From: a virus
Lineage: Duplodnaviria; Caudoviricetes
Length of the DNA stretch: 33,148 nucleotides
Strand: one strand, 5' to 3'
Virus record (IMG/VR): IMGVR_UViG_3300045285_000043
Location: 1 to 33,148 of that record
The position numbers and the translations under genes were made by a program. A model generated the notes under the pieces. It was given only the letters and a program-made list of their open reading frames with translations, did no database searches and was not told where the DNA came from. This document shows positions 17,214 through 25,054 of the stretch, piece after piece. Position 1 is the first letter of the stretch, and each line of letters begins with the position of its first letter.

Positions 17214-17720
17214 TCATGCGGCGCATTCGGCGATCAGGGAATCAACCGAAACTCCGAAGTATGCCGAGAGGCGCAGCAACAGATCGCGCCCGGGTTGGTC
17301 CTGTCCGGTTTCAACCGATGCTAGTGTCGAGCGACTTACGCCGACCACCGCTGCCAGCACGGCTTGCGTTAATGCCTTCTGCCGCCGCAACTCGCGGATG
17401 CGATGGCCGACTACGGTCATGCCGGGACGGATCGGCTCAGGCTCATATACGACTGGCTCAGGCAACGGCGCGATTATCTCTTGCAGGCCAACGTCGCCGA
17501 GCATTTGCGCCGTGAAGCTGAACCACTCGCCATGCAGATGATTGTCAGCGAAGCGCACATGCAGGGACGCTTCATCGAGCGAGCCGCCCTCAAAAATCCG
17601 CAGGAGGACAAGCCGCTCATGGTTGTCGGCCTGCATCTTGACCATGCGGAACTCGACATCCTCGGAGAACCCGATCTTGACCGGGCCATGCTCGCCTGCG
17701 CGGATCAGATAGACTGGCAT
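17214..17720 (-). CDS. GIY-YIG-like (T5orf172/MUG113) domain fused to C-terminal XRE HTH
   Basis: VYLIRA...VKIGFS...R...E..LH..F...GEWF plus RIRELRRQKALTQAVLA...SRSTLASVETG. Confidence 0.8.
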   Translation of the reverse strand: MPVYLIRAGEHGPVKIGFSEDVEFRMVKMQADNHERLVLLRIFEGGSLDEASLHVRFADNHLHGEWFSFTAQMLGDVGLQEIIAPLPEPVVYEPEPIRPGMTVVGHRIRELRRQKALTQAVLAAVVGVSRSTLASVETGQDQPGRDLLLRLSAYFGVSVDSLIAECAA

Positions 17721-17926
17721 CAGGCGGCAACCGACTCATGGTTGCAGAAGAAGTCGTTGGGCTGCACCTCGCCGCCGGTCTCGGCCTTGATCCGCTCCAT
17801 CACCTCGCGGCGTGGCACGCGGTCGCCCGCGACATACCGATGCACCGCCTGGGTGCTGACGCCGATCCTCTCGGCGAAGGCGGGAATGGGCATCTTCCGG
17901 TCGTCGAGATACTGGCGCAGGCGCAT
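17720..17926 (-). CDS. cro: Cro-like repressor
   Basis: 68-aa HTH (FAERIGVSTQAVHRY...TGGEVQPNDF), divergent from cI. Confidence 0.82.
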   Translation of the reverse strand: MRLRQYLDDRKMPIPAFAERIGVSTQAVHRYVAGDRVPRREVMERIKAETGGEVQPNDFFCNHESVAA

Positions 17927-17932
17927 GCCGGC

Positions 17933-18011
17933 AGTTTCACCACTATGGTGAACCTTGTCAACGCCTTTCTTTCACCGGATTGGCGCTACCCTAAATCACC
18001 GGATTGGCGAC
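17933..18011. promoter_or_regulatory. OR-like region: three 17-bp operators and the cro promoter
   Basis: TTCACCACTATGGTGAA 17936-17952, TTCACCGGATTGGCGCT 17971-17987, ATCACCGGATTGGCGAC 17995-18011; minus-strand TTGACA(17961)-N17-GAAACT. Confidence 0.8.
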
Positions 18012-18019
18012 GATGCGGC

Positions 18020-18367
18020 ATGCAAAACCGCATACGGAAGTTGCGCCTGGACCGGGGGTTGACCCTGGACCAGTTGGCAGAGCGTGCCGGCACGACGCTT
18101 CAGCAGCTTTCGCGGCTGGAGCGAGCGGAAAGGCGCCTCACAGATGAATGGATGACGCGCTTGTCAAACGCGCTTGGCGTGCGCCCGGTTGACCTTCTTC
18201 CGGACAGCGGCCCAGATACCCGCGAGTTCCTCCAAAACCCCGAGGAGGTCGGCTGGATTAAGTTCTGGCGTCTGCTCTCGGATGACGAGCGACTGATGAT
18301 GATCGCGTTTGCGAAGGCGAAGGGGATCGAAATCCTTTCCGACAAGCCGAAGAAGCGGCGGGCCTGA
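18020..18367 (+). CDS. cI: CI-like XRE repressor, 115 aa, without S24 peptidase domain
   Basis: MQNRIRKLRLDRGLTLDQLAERAGTTLQQLSRLE HTH; flanked by operators. Confidence 0.82.
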   Translation: MQNRIRKLRLDRGLTLDQLAERAGTTLQQLSRLERAERRLTDEWMTRLSNALGVRPVDLLPDSGPDTREFLQNPEEVGWIKFWRLLSDDERLMMIAFAKAKGIEILSDKPKKRRA

Positions 18368-18409
18368 CTTCCGGGTCCGTGCGGCTTGCACGGAAGGCGG
18401 CGAATATTT

Positions 18410-18462
18410 TTCACCGATGCGGTGATTTGACGCTGGACAACCATTCACCAATGTGGTGAACT
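18410..18462 (+). promoter_or_regulatory. OL-like region: two 17-bp operators and early promoter
   Basis: TTCACCGATGCGGTGAT 18410-18426 and TTCACCAATGTGGTGAA 18444-18460; TGGACA-N17-TGAACT mirrors the cro promoter; TTGACG also at 18427. Confidence 0.75.
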
Positions 18463-18484
18463 CGCCTCCATCACCGGAGGCCAC

Positions 18485-19093
18485 ATGCCCGATCTCCCCT
18501 TCCCCACCACCTTCCCCCGCCCGCCCGAGGCTGCGCTTGCTGACGTGCACGATCGCCAGTTCGGCGGCGTGTGCGGCCTGTCTGCGGCTCATCGGGGCGT
18601 GCCGGCTCCTCATCCTTCGGACCTCCCAATACGAGTTGTCGGCGAACCGCGCCCGTTGGTAGCCGCCTGCGACGTGGCACCTGTCAAATATGACAGCACC
18701 ACGGCAGACGGCAAGGAATACCGCGCCGAACCGTACACATTCGCACCGAAAGACGGCGTTAATCCGGCGACAATATACTGTCCGGTAGCGCGGACTTACG
18801 CCATTTCCGCCGCCGCCAATATCGCGACACGCAATGATAATTCCTTTACGGGAGCCGATGATGCCACGCCCGCCACGCCCTCGATTATTGACGTGGCGCG
18901 AGGCAATGGCCGCGCTATTGGCCACCGAGACGGCGTTAATCGCGCTGATTGCGACGCCGCGGATGCCGCGTCAGGCGCGTGCGGCACTGCACCAACTGCT
19001 GAGCGAGACGATCGTCCCGGCGCTGCGGCGAACGCGCGACCGCTGAGGCTGCCGGTGAAGCTGCCGCCCGGCTACCTGCCGTCGGTGGTGTGA
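18485..19093 (+). CDS. Hypothetical protein, first gene of the early operon
   Basis: GGAGG RBS; 3' half overlaps a competing ORF (18858-19046). Confidence 0.45.
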   Translation: MPDLPFPTTFPRPPEAALADVHDRQFGGVCGLSAAHRGVPAPHPSDLPIRVVGEPRPLVAACDVAPVKYDSTTADGKEYRAEPYTFAPKDGVNPATIYCPVARTYAISAAANIATRNDNSFTGADDATPATPSIIDVARGNGRAIGHRDGVNRADCDAADAASGACGTAPTAERDDRPGAAANARPLRLPVKLPPGYLPSVV

Positions 19094-19317
19094 CCATGCG
19101 CTGCACCTATTGCCAGTCCACCTGGGCGCGTCGCGCGGACGACATCGCGCTGTGCGCCACATGCGCTGCACGGCTCGACCGCCGTGAACCTGCGGTTCCT
19201 CGCGGGTCGTTCGATGCGTGGGTGCTGGAGCACATGCCGCCGGTCTGCCCCGTCACCGACGATCCCTGCACCCGCGCCTGCGATCCGCAGCACGGCCCTT
19301 GTGAAAGGCAAAGCTGA
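19090..19317 (+). CDS. Cys-rich small protein (CxxC...CxxC)
   Basis: Overlap-coupled. Confidence 0.55.
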   Translation: MTMRCTYCQSTWARRADDIALCATCAARLDRREPAVPRGSFDAWVLEHMPPVCPVTDDPCTRACDPQHGPCERQS

Positions 19318-19526
19318 TGATGTCCCCCCTACGCGCCAACTTCATCCGCACCATCGCCGCTCAGGCAATGGCGGAAATAGCCTCGATCCCTACCGACGAA
19401 TTGGACGACATCCGCCGCGACCTTGAGGCGTGGGATCCGCTGGGAGAAAGCTGCGGCGTGACGCAGGCGGTAATCGAGGCCGAGCTTGCCGCGCGCTGGC
19501 TCCGCGATCACGGCGACCGGCCGTGA
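19317..19526 (+). CDS. Hypothetical protein, 69 aa
   Basis: TGATG coupling at both ends. Confidence 0.6.
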   Translation: MMSPLRANFIRTIAAQAMAEIASIPTDELDDIRRDLEAWDPLGESCGVTQAVIEAELAARWLRDHGDRP

Positions 19527-19693
19527 TGTACAAAGCCTGCTGCTACTGCCGGACCTACGCCGACGAGATCGGCGAGGACGGCCGCGCCTACTGCCTCAGT
19601 TGCCTGGGGCGTTTCCGCGAAGGCCCGCCCCCCGATCCGAAGCGCGAGCGCATCCCGATATTCTTCAGGTTGCCGCCCGAGGGGTTGGAGTGA
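19526..19693 (+). CDS. Small zinc-finger-like protein (MYKACCYC...YCLSC)
   Basis: TGATG coupling at both ends; two CxxC. Confidence 0.6.
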   Translation: MYKACCYCRTYADEIGEDGRAYCLSCLGRFREGPPPDPKRERIPIFFRLPPEGLE

Positions 19694-20106
19694 TGGCAAA
19701 CCCCGTTTGCAAACCGCAGCAAACACGCCCCGGCATCCACGAGACGCCGCACGGCCGCCGCACGCGCGAGCTGCTGACCGCCATCGCAGAGTGGCGGGCG
19801 TCGACTGGCGCCGAGCACATCCGCGACCGCCACCACGCGATGCGGCTGCTGCGCGTCAACCGGCTGCTGCGCAATGCCGAGCGCAGCGAGGTGGCACGCA
19901 AGGCGCGGCTGAACGTGCTGCGCAAGTCGGCGGCAAACATGCGGTTGATTGCGAGTTCGTTTGATATTTCCGCGGATCAGGCCACGGACCAGCGCGAGAT
20001 CATCGCCTGGGATCTGGCGATGTCCGCCGTCGAGGACGCCGCCGCGGCGCTGGAGCACGGCGCCGACAGCATCGAGGGTGTGTGGCGCGAGGATGTCGCA
20101 GCATGA
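19693..20106 (+). CDS. Helical hypothetical protein (MANPVCKPQQ...)
   Basis: GGAG RBS; coupled. Confidence 0.6.
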   Translation: MANPVCKPQQTRPGIHETPHGRRTRELLTAIAEWRASTGAEHIRDRHHAMRLLRVNRLLRNAERSEVARKARLNVLRKSAANMRLIASSFDISADQATDQREIIAWDLAMSAVEDAAAALEHGADSIEGVWREDVAA

Positions 20107-20351
20107 CCGCTAAGCGCGTGCTGACGGCGCTGGGGCAAGTGTTTGCGGCCGAGATCGAAGGCCGCCTGCCGTTCCAATCCCGCGCGAAAATTATGCGTGA
20201 ACTATGCGAACAGGGCCTGCTTGAACCGATGGAGCGCATCCTCGGCGTGGGCACATGGTTTCCCGTCATCGTCCGCGGCTACCAACTCACCCACGCCGGC
20301 CGGATCACCTACTGCCAATCCTGCGATGAGGAGACACCCGATGCAGCCTGA
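20103..20351 (+). CDS. Winged-helix-like hypothetical protein (MTAKRVL...YQLTHAGR)
   Basis: ATGA coupling; L.EQGLLE...YQLT.AG pattern. Confidence 0.6.
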   Translation: MTAKRVLTALGQVFAAEIEGRLPFQSRAKIMRELCEQGLLEPMERILGVGTWFPVIVRGYQLTHAGRITYCQSCDEETPDAA

Positions 20352-20553
20352 CCCCGACCCCGACGCCAAGCGCATCGCCCGCGTCATCGAGTATGAGCAC
20401 GCGCTGGAGACGACCCGGCTGCTGCGCGAGGCCGTGGACGGCGTGGCGAAATGGCGCTCGCGTGCCATTCGCCATCTGCACCGCATCGACGCGGGTGAGC
20501 TGCCCGAACCCGCCGCTCCCGCGCCCCGCCGCCTGGTGCCGACCGATGGCTGA
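20341..20553 (+). CDS. Hypothetical protein (MQPDPDPDAKRIA...)
   Basis: GAGGAG RBS. Confidence 0.55.
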   Translation: MQPDPDPDAKRIARVIEYEHALETTRLLREAVDGVAKWRSRAIRHLHRIDAGELPEPAAPAPRRLVPTDG

Positions 20554-20740
20554 TCGCAAGCACGGGCGGCCGTCGCTAGAGACCCGCAAGGCGGCGATCA
20601 ATCAGGCGTGGGAACGCATAGAGGCGTCCGATCCCGACATCTCGACGGAACAGCTTATCGCCCGCGTCGCCGACGAGACCGGGGAAGAATACGGCGATGT
20701 CGCCTCCCTGGTCGATACGCTGGAGGAGCGCGCCCCATGA
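20546..20740 (+). CDS. Hypothetical protein (MADRKHGRPS...)
   Basis: Overlap-coupled. Confidence 0.55.
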   Translation: MADRKHGRPSLETRKAAINQAWERIEASDPDISTEQLIARVADETGEEYGDVASLVDTLEERAP

Positions 20741-21063
20741 CCACCACCCGCTGGCTCGACGCCATCGCCCCCGAGGCGAAGCCTGCGCCGGAGATCGTGC
20801 TGATCCGCTGGTGCGTGAAGCTCGGCCGCCTGACGCGCTGGCCGTCGCCGTTCCGCCACTGGCTACAACGCCGCATCGCCGAACTGCTGTTGGTCGCCCA
20901 CGAGATGAAGCGCCAGCGCGCCGAACTGGCTGAAGTCCGCGTCGAGGCCGAACGGCTGCACCGGGCGCTGGACGAATACGCCGAGAACGAACGCCAGGAA
21001 GCGCAGGCCGCCGAGGCGGTCGCCCGCTCACTGCGCAACTGGCGCACGAAGGAGAGACACTGA
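20737..21063 (+). CDS. Coiled-coil hypothetical protein (MTTTRWLDAI...)
   Basis: GGAGGAG RBS; ATGA overlap. Confidence 0.6.
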   Translation: MTTTRWLDAIAPEAKPAPEIVLIRWCVKLGRLTRWPSPFRHWLQRRIAELLLVAHEMKRQRAELAEVRVEAERLHRALDEYAENERQEAQAAEAVARSLRNWRTKERH

Positions 21064-21302
21064 TGTCCGACCCCACCGACCCCCTGCTCGAAGCACTGCG
21101 CGAGCGACGCGCGGAACTCGATGCCATGGTCCGCGATGCGGAAAGCCGCCGCGCCGAGATCGACCGGCTGATCACCGCAGCGGAGGACGGCCGCAGCAAG
21201 CTGCGCCGCTCGCTGAAAGGCAACAGCGGGCGCACCTCATCACCGAACGCGGACGCAGGAACCGCCGAAGTCCTGCCACAACTGGAGAACGCACATGCCT
21301 GA
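21063..21302 (+). CDS. Coiled-coil hypothetical protein, 79 aa
   Basis: AAGGAG RBS; TGATG coupling. Confidence 0.6.
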   Translation: MSDPTDPLLEALRERRAELDAMVRDAESRRAEIDRLITAAEDGRSKLRRSLKGNSGRTSSPNADAGTAEVLPQLENAHA

Positions 21303-22203
21303 TGGAGTTATGACGAAGCCGCGACGCGGCAAGCTGGTCGCAGTCGCACCGGAAAGCGTCGAGCCAAGCAAGCCCAAGGTGCTGATCTATGGGCCGCCGG
21401 GCGTCGGCAAGACATGGGCGAGCCTGGACTTCCCGAGCGTCTACTATATCGACACCGAGGGCGGCGCCGATCTGGATCACTACCGCGCCAAGCTGCGCAA
21501 CTCCGGCGGTGTCTACATGGGTCCTGACCAGGGATCGCTCGACTTCGACGTGGTAATCGGCCAGATCCAGGCGCTTGCCACCGAACAGCATCACTATCGC
21601 ACAGTCGTGCTCGATTCCGTGTCTAAGCTCTGGAACACGGCGCTGGTGGACGAGCAGGAATCGCTCGGCGCAAAGGATGCGTTCGGCGCCTACAAGAAGG
21701 TTCCAACGCGCAAGTTCGCCTCACTGATCAAATGGGTGAACCGCCTAGACATGAGCGCCATCTTCATCGCGCACCAAAAGGAAATCTGGGGCCTGAACGA
21801 CCAGAAGCAGCGCGAGGTCATCGGCTACGGGCCGGACTGCCAGGATAAGGTGGAATACGACCTGCATCTCGTGCTTCGCATCGCCAAGATCGGCGCCAGC
21901 CGCTACGCTTATATCGGCAAGTCTCGGTTGCCATCGTTCCCCGAAAGCGAGCGCTTCGACTGGTCCTATGCCGACTTCGCCGAGCGCTACGGGCGCGACG
22001 TGATCGAGAAGGAAGCCCGCCCGATCGTGCTGGCGACACCGGAACAGGTGGCCGAAGTCCGGCGCCTGCTCGACGTGGTGAAGGTGCCGGATGACTGGGC
22101 CGAAAAGTGCTTCAAGAAGGCGAGCGTCGAGGACTGGACCGAAATGGACGGCGAGATCATCGACAAGGTGATCGCGTCGTTGAAGATGAAACTGGCGGCA
22201 TAG
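21295..22203 (+). CDS. AAA_24/Sak4-like ATPase (recombination, ssDNA annealing)
   Basis: KVLIYGPPGVGKT, YIDTEGG, TVVLDS, IFIAH motifs; adjacent to SSB-like gene. Confidence 0.8.
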   Translation: MPDGVMTKPRRGKLVAVAPESVEPSKPKVLIYGPPGVGKTWASLDFPSVYYIDTEGGADLDHYRAKLRNSGGVYMGPDQGSLDFDVVIGQIQALATEQHHYRTVVLDSVSKLWNTALVDEQESLGAKDAFGAYKKVPTRKFASLIKWVNRLDMSAIFIAHQKEIWGLNDQKQREVIGYGPDCQDKVEYDLHLVLRIAKIGASRYAYIGKSRLPSFPESERFDWSYADFAERYGRDVIEKEARPIVLATPEQVAEVRRLLDVVKVPDDWAEKCFKKASVEDWTEMDGEIIDKVIASLKMKLAA

Positions 22204-22213
22204 GAGAACACCC

Positions 22214-22666
22214 ATGCGCTTCAATCCCATGTCCGACGAAGAGGCGGCGGCGCAGTCGGCTAATCTGCTGCCCGATGGCACATACGACTATGAGGTCCGC
22301 ACGGCGACCGAGGAGACCAGCCAGGCCGGAAACGAGATGACGAAGATCGAGGCGTGGATATATGACAAGGACGGTGCCCGCCGTCTGGTGTTCGACTATC
22401 TGGTCGCGTCCGAAAAGGCGGCCTGGAAGATCCACGAGTTTGCCGCGTCGTGTGGGCTGCTGGAGAAGTACAAGACCGGCACGCTGGAGGCCATCGACAT
22501 CGAGGGCCGCGCCGGCAAGTGCGTTGTCGCGACGCAGAAGGCGACCGACACCTATCCGGCGAAGAACGTCATCCGGCGGTATGTGAAGGCTGCCGCGTCG
22601 GCCGCGCCCGCTACCCGCCGTCAGCCGGCGATGGCAGGCGGCATCGATGATGAAATCCCCTTTTGA
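22214..22666 (+). CDS. DUF669-like single-stranded DNA-binding protein
   Basis: LLPDGTYDYEV...SQAGNEM and acidic DDEIPF tail; AGGAG RBS. Confidence 0.8.
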   Translation: MRFNPMSDEEAAAQSANLLPDGTYDYEVRTATEETSQAGNEMTKIEAWIYDKDGARRLVFDYLVASEKAAWKIHEFAASCGLLEKYKTGTLEAIDIEGRAGKCVVATQKATDTYPAKNVIRRYVKAAASAAPATRRQPAMAGGIDDEIPF

Positions 22667-22753
22667 TGATGGCAGCGCGGCGAACGAGCCGTAAGCACGT
22701 CGCCTGGCATGATCGACGGAGGGCGGTCAGGCTGGCGGCAATGGAGGCGCGGG

Positions 22754-23047
22754 ATGGCTAATCCATGCCCCGAATGCCGTGACACCGGGTGGAAAGACGG
22801 GTGGCGCTGGGTGAAGCGGCGGTATGCGAAGAAGGCGCCGTGGTATGTGCGGCGCCTGGTCAACGTCCGGTGCGAGCGGTGCGCTCACGGCGGCCAGATG
22901 CTGCCGCGCGAGGCAGACGCCACGATCCGGCACACCGCATGGGCTACCCACCCAGCCGCGCCGTCAGATGCCTCTCTGCCGCGATCAACAACCGCGAGCG
23001 AGGCGCCTGCCGCCGCGCCTGCGCCACCGACAGCGCCGCGGCGATGA
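22754..23047 (+). CDS. Zinc-ribbon-like protein (MANPCPECRDTGW...CERC)
   Basis: GGAGG RBS; two CxxC. Confidence 0.5.
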   Translation: MANPCPECRDTGWKDGWRWVKRRYAKKAPWYVRRLVNVRCERCAHGGQMLPREADATIRHTAWATHPAAPSDASLPRSTTASEAPAAAPAPPTAPRR

Positions 23048-23282
23048 GCCCGCCCAGCGCGTCCACAGGGGCCAGCGCGGTGCCGTTTGCGGCGGTTTGC
23101 AAATGCTGCATATCAGCGATTGCGCGCGGCCAGCCGGCCTGGCGGCACACCAACAGCACCTGCGTCAGGAACTCCCCCACCTTGACGCCATCGCGACGTG
23201 CCAGGTCGGCGATCTCCTCGCGCAGCCCGGTCGGGAACTCGCGCACGTACAGCGGGCCGAGCTTTCCCAGGTTCTCCTGCAT
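22944..23282 (-). CDS. Putative ribbon-helix-helix DNA-binding protein, antisense in the early operon
   Basis: LYVREFPTGLREEIADLARRDGVKVGEFLTQVL fits an Arc/CopG strand-helix-helix pattern; GAGG upstream. Confidence 0.5.
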   Translation of the reverse strand: MQENLGKLGPLYVREFPTGLREEIADLARRDGVKVGEFLTQVLLVCRQAGWPRAIADMQHLQTAANGTALAPVDALGGLIAAALSVAQARRQAPRSRLLIAAERHLTARLGG

Positions 23283-23397
23283 CCGCGCCTCGCAAACACG
23301 ATTTGCCAACCAGCGCAAACCGCCGCGATTCGCGTCAAGCCTGGCGCGTGGTATTCGCGCGCATACGGACGTTTGCAGAGGTGGCCGATGACCATAG

Positions 23398-23607
23398 ATG
23401 AACGATCGAATCATTCCGATGCCCATACCTGAGCCGATTGACACCTTGCAGATCAGGCGCGTGGCAAACGGTTGGATTGTCAGCCCTGGCCAACTTGCTG
23501 ACCGTGAGTTCGTGCATGTCTACTCCACTCCCGCCGAGCTTGCGGCGCATGTCGAGCACTGGGCGAGCGCTCAGATTGAAAATTTACAATCTCACAAGGT
23601 GCGTTGA
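23398..23607 (+). CDS. Hypothetical protein, 69 aa (IRRVANGWIV)
   Basis: Plausible small alpha/beta phage protein. Confidence 0.55.
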   Translation: MNDRIIPMPIPEPIDTLQIRRVANGWIVSPGQLADREFVHVYSTPAELAAHVEHWASAQIENLQSHKVR

Positions 23608-23631
23608 AACGCTTGTTTGCAGGAGTGGCCG

Positions 23632-23922
23632 ATGGCTGAGCAAGTGATGCACCCCGGCAATCTGCGCCTCGCGATGCGCGTCGAGGGGGACTGGTGGATC
23701 GCCTATGCCGCGCCAATGGCGACGATGGACGGCGCGATCCGATTAGGCTCGATCGGCATGGGCGCGGTGCGCGGCGGCCGAGGCGGCGAGCGACGCAAGC
23801 AGGCTTTCATGGACCTGATGAAAGACGTGCTGACCGAGTTCCTGACCGACGCCGGCATGGCGCCATCGCATTGGGATGATCCGCAGACCGCACCAGAGCG
23901 CGAACGCGCCGGTCGCGCGTGA
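23632..23922 (+). CDS. Hypothetical protein (MAEQVMHPGNLRLAMRVEGDWW...)
   Basis: AGGAG RBS. Confidence 0.65.
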   Translation: MAEQVMHPGNLRLAMRVEGDWWIAYAAPMATMDGAIRLGSIGMGAVRGGRGGERRKQAFMDLMKDVLTEFLTDAGMAPSHWDDPQTAPERERAGRA

Positions 23923-23964
23923 CCTACCTCCGCTAATCGTGGTTGCCGAAGGAAGGAGTGACCG

Positions 23965-24153
23965 ATGCCTGGTAGAACAGCGTGGGAGCGACTGATCATC
24001 CGGTTTGCGGACGGCCAGCAGCCATGCAACTGCGGTGATGCCTACTACAACTCAGAGGGGCGCTGCGCGCACGGGTGCAGCGCCAATGCAATCACAGCGC
24101 GCGAAGAGGTCGCGCGGAAGGTGGAGGCGCTTCTGGCTAGCCCCGATGCCTGA
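23965..24153 (+). CDS. Cys-containing hypothetical protein, 62 aa
   Basis: AAGGAG RBS. Confidence 0.55.
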   Translation: MPGRTAWERLIIRFADGQQPCNCGDAYYNSEGRCAHGCSANAITAREEVARKVEALLASPDA

Positions 24154-24216
24154 CGATGAACCGGCGTGGCCTGTCGTCTTGGTCGTGTTCATGGCCGTGC
24201 TGCTGCTGTGGGTGCT

Positions 24217-24393
24217 GTGACAACTATCCCCACCGAAGCGCGCGAGGTCTTTCGGGCGGAAGCCCGCGAGGGCCAACATATCCGGCTAATCGTAGCTGGC
24301 GAGATAGACGAGGCCGTGCTGGACAGCCTGGCAGACTTCATCGCGTGGCGACGGCGGCTAGAGAGGCCGATTGCGTCCGCAAAGCACGCTTAG
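24217..24393 (+). CDS. Hypothetical protein (MTTIPTEAREVF...)
   Basis: GTGA overlap with a 24-aa hydrophobic ORF (24146-24220). Confidence 0.45.
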   Translation: MTTIPTEAREVFRAEAREGQHIRLIVAGEIDEAVLDSLADFIAWRRRLERPIASAKHA

Positions 24394-24535
24394 TGGACGG
24401 AACGACGCAGCCGTGTGCACGCCTGGATCACGACTGGATTTGCTTACCACGCCTTTGTATGAGCAAGCTGCATTCTGCCTTAATGTCCAAACAGGGAACA
24501 AAACCAATGTCCTACGAACAGCCGACGAAGCGGGG

Positions 24536-24745
24536 ATGACCATCCCCCCGATCACGCCCGAACGACTGCGCGAGTACGTGGACGACCCGGAGCTGCGCGC
24601 GTTGGGCTATCCGGTGACCGCACTGCTCGCCGCGGCGGACGAGATCGAGCGATTACGCATCGTCATCCGATATCTGCGCGATCTGCCCTTGACGGAAGCG
24701 GAACTAGGGATCGCGTTGTCGGATCTCCCGGCGACATGGGAATGA
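24536..24745 (+). CDS. Hypothetical protein (MTIPPITPERLREY...AAADEIERLR)
   Basis: AADEIERLR motif common in phage early genes. Confidence 0.55.
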   Translation: MTIPPITPERLREYVDDPELRALGYPVTALLAAADEIERLRIVIRYLRDLPLTEAELGIALSDLPATWE

Positions 24746-24851
24746 CCCACCCCAGCGGAACAGCGGATCGACCACGCCGGCCAGATCGCGCAGCAGCGGC
24801 CCCATGCGGTTCCGCTACGTTCCAGGCATCAAAATCTAACAGGAGCACGCC

Positions 24852-25034
24852 ATGTCCACCGCAGCCGAGCGCGTCAAGAACCGTCTGAGACCTGACGGCC
24901 GAATAATGGTAGGTCGCCCCGGACCATTCGCCAACTCGCTGTATGAGGATCTGACCGAACTGCTGGCCGACTACAATGCCCTGTGCGAATTGGCAGGCAG
25001 TCTGGCATCAACTGCCTACGACGATACTCGGTAA
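24852..25034 (+). CDS. Hypothetical protein, last gene of the early operon
   Basis: AGGAG RBS. Confidence 0.55.
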   Translation: MSTAAERVKNRLRPDGRIMVGRPGPFANSLYEDLTELLADYNALCELAGSLASTAYDDTR

Positions 25035-25054
25035 CGGGACAGCCTAGCACATCG

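Noticed and set aside
24490-24520. GAAC-containing AT-rich stretch as an alphaproteobacterial LexA box or attP
   Set aside because: Does not match GAAC-N7-GAAC; no recombinase or tRNA-like core nearby
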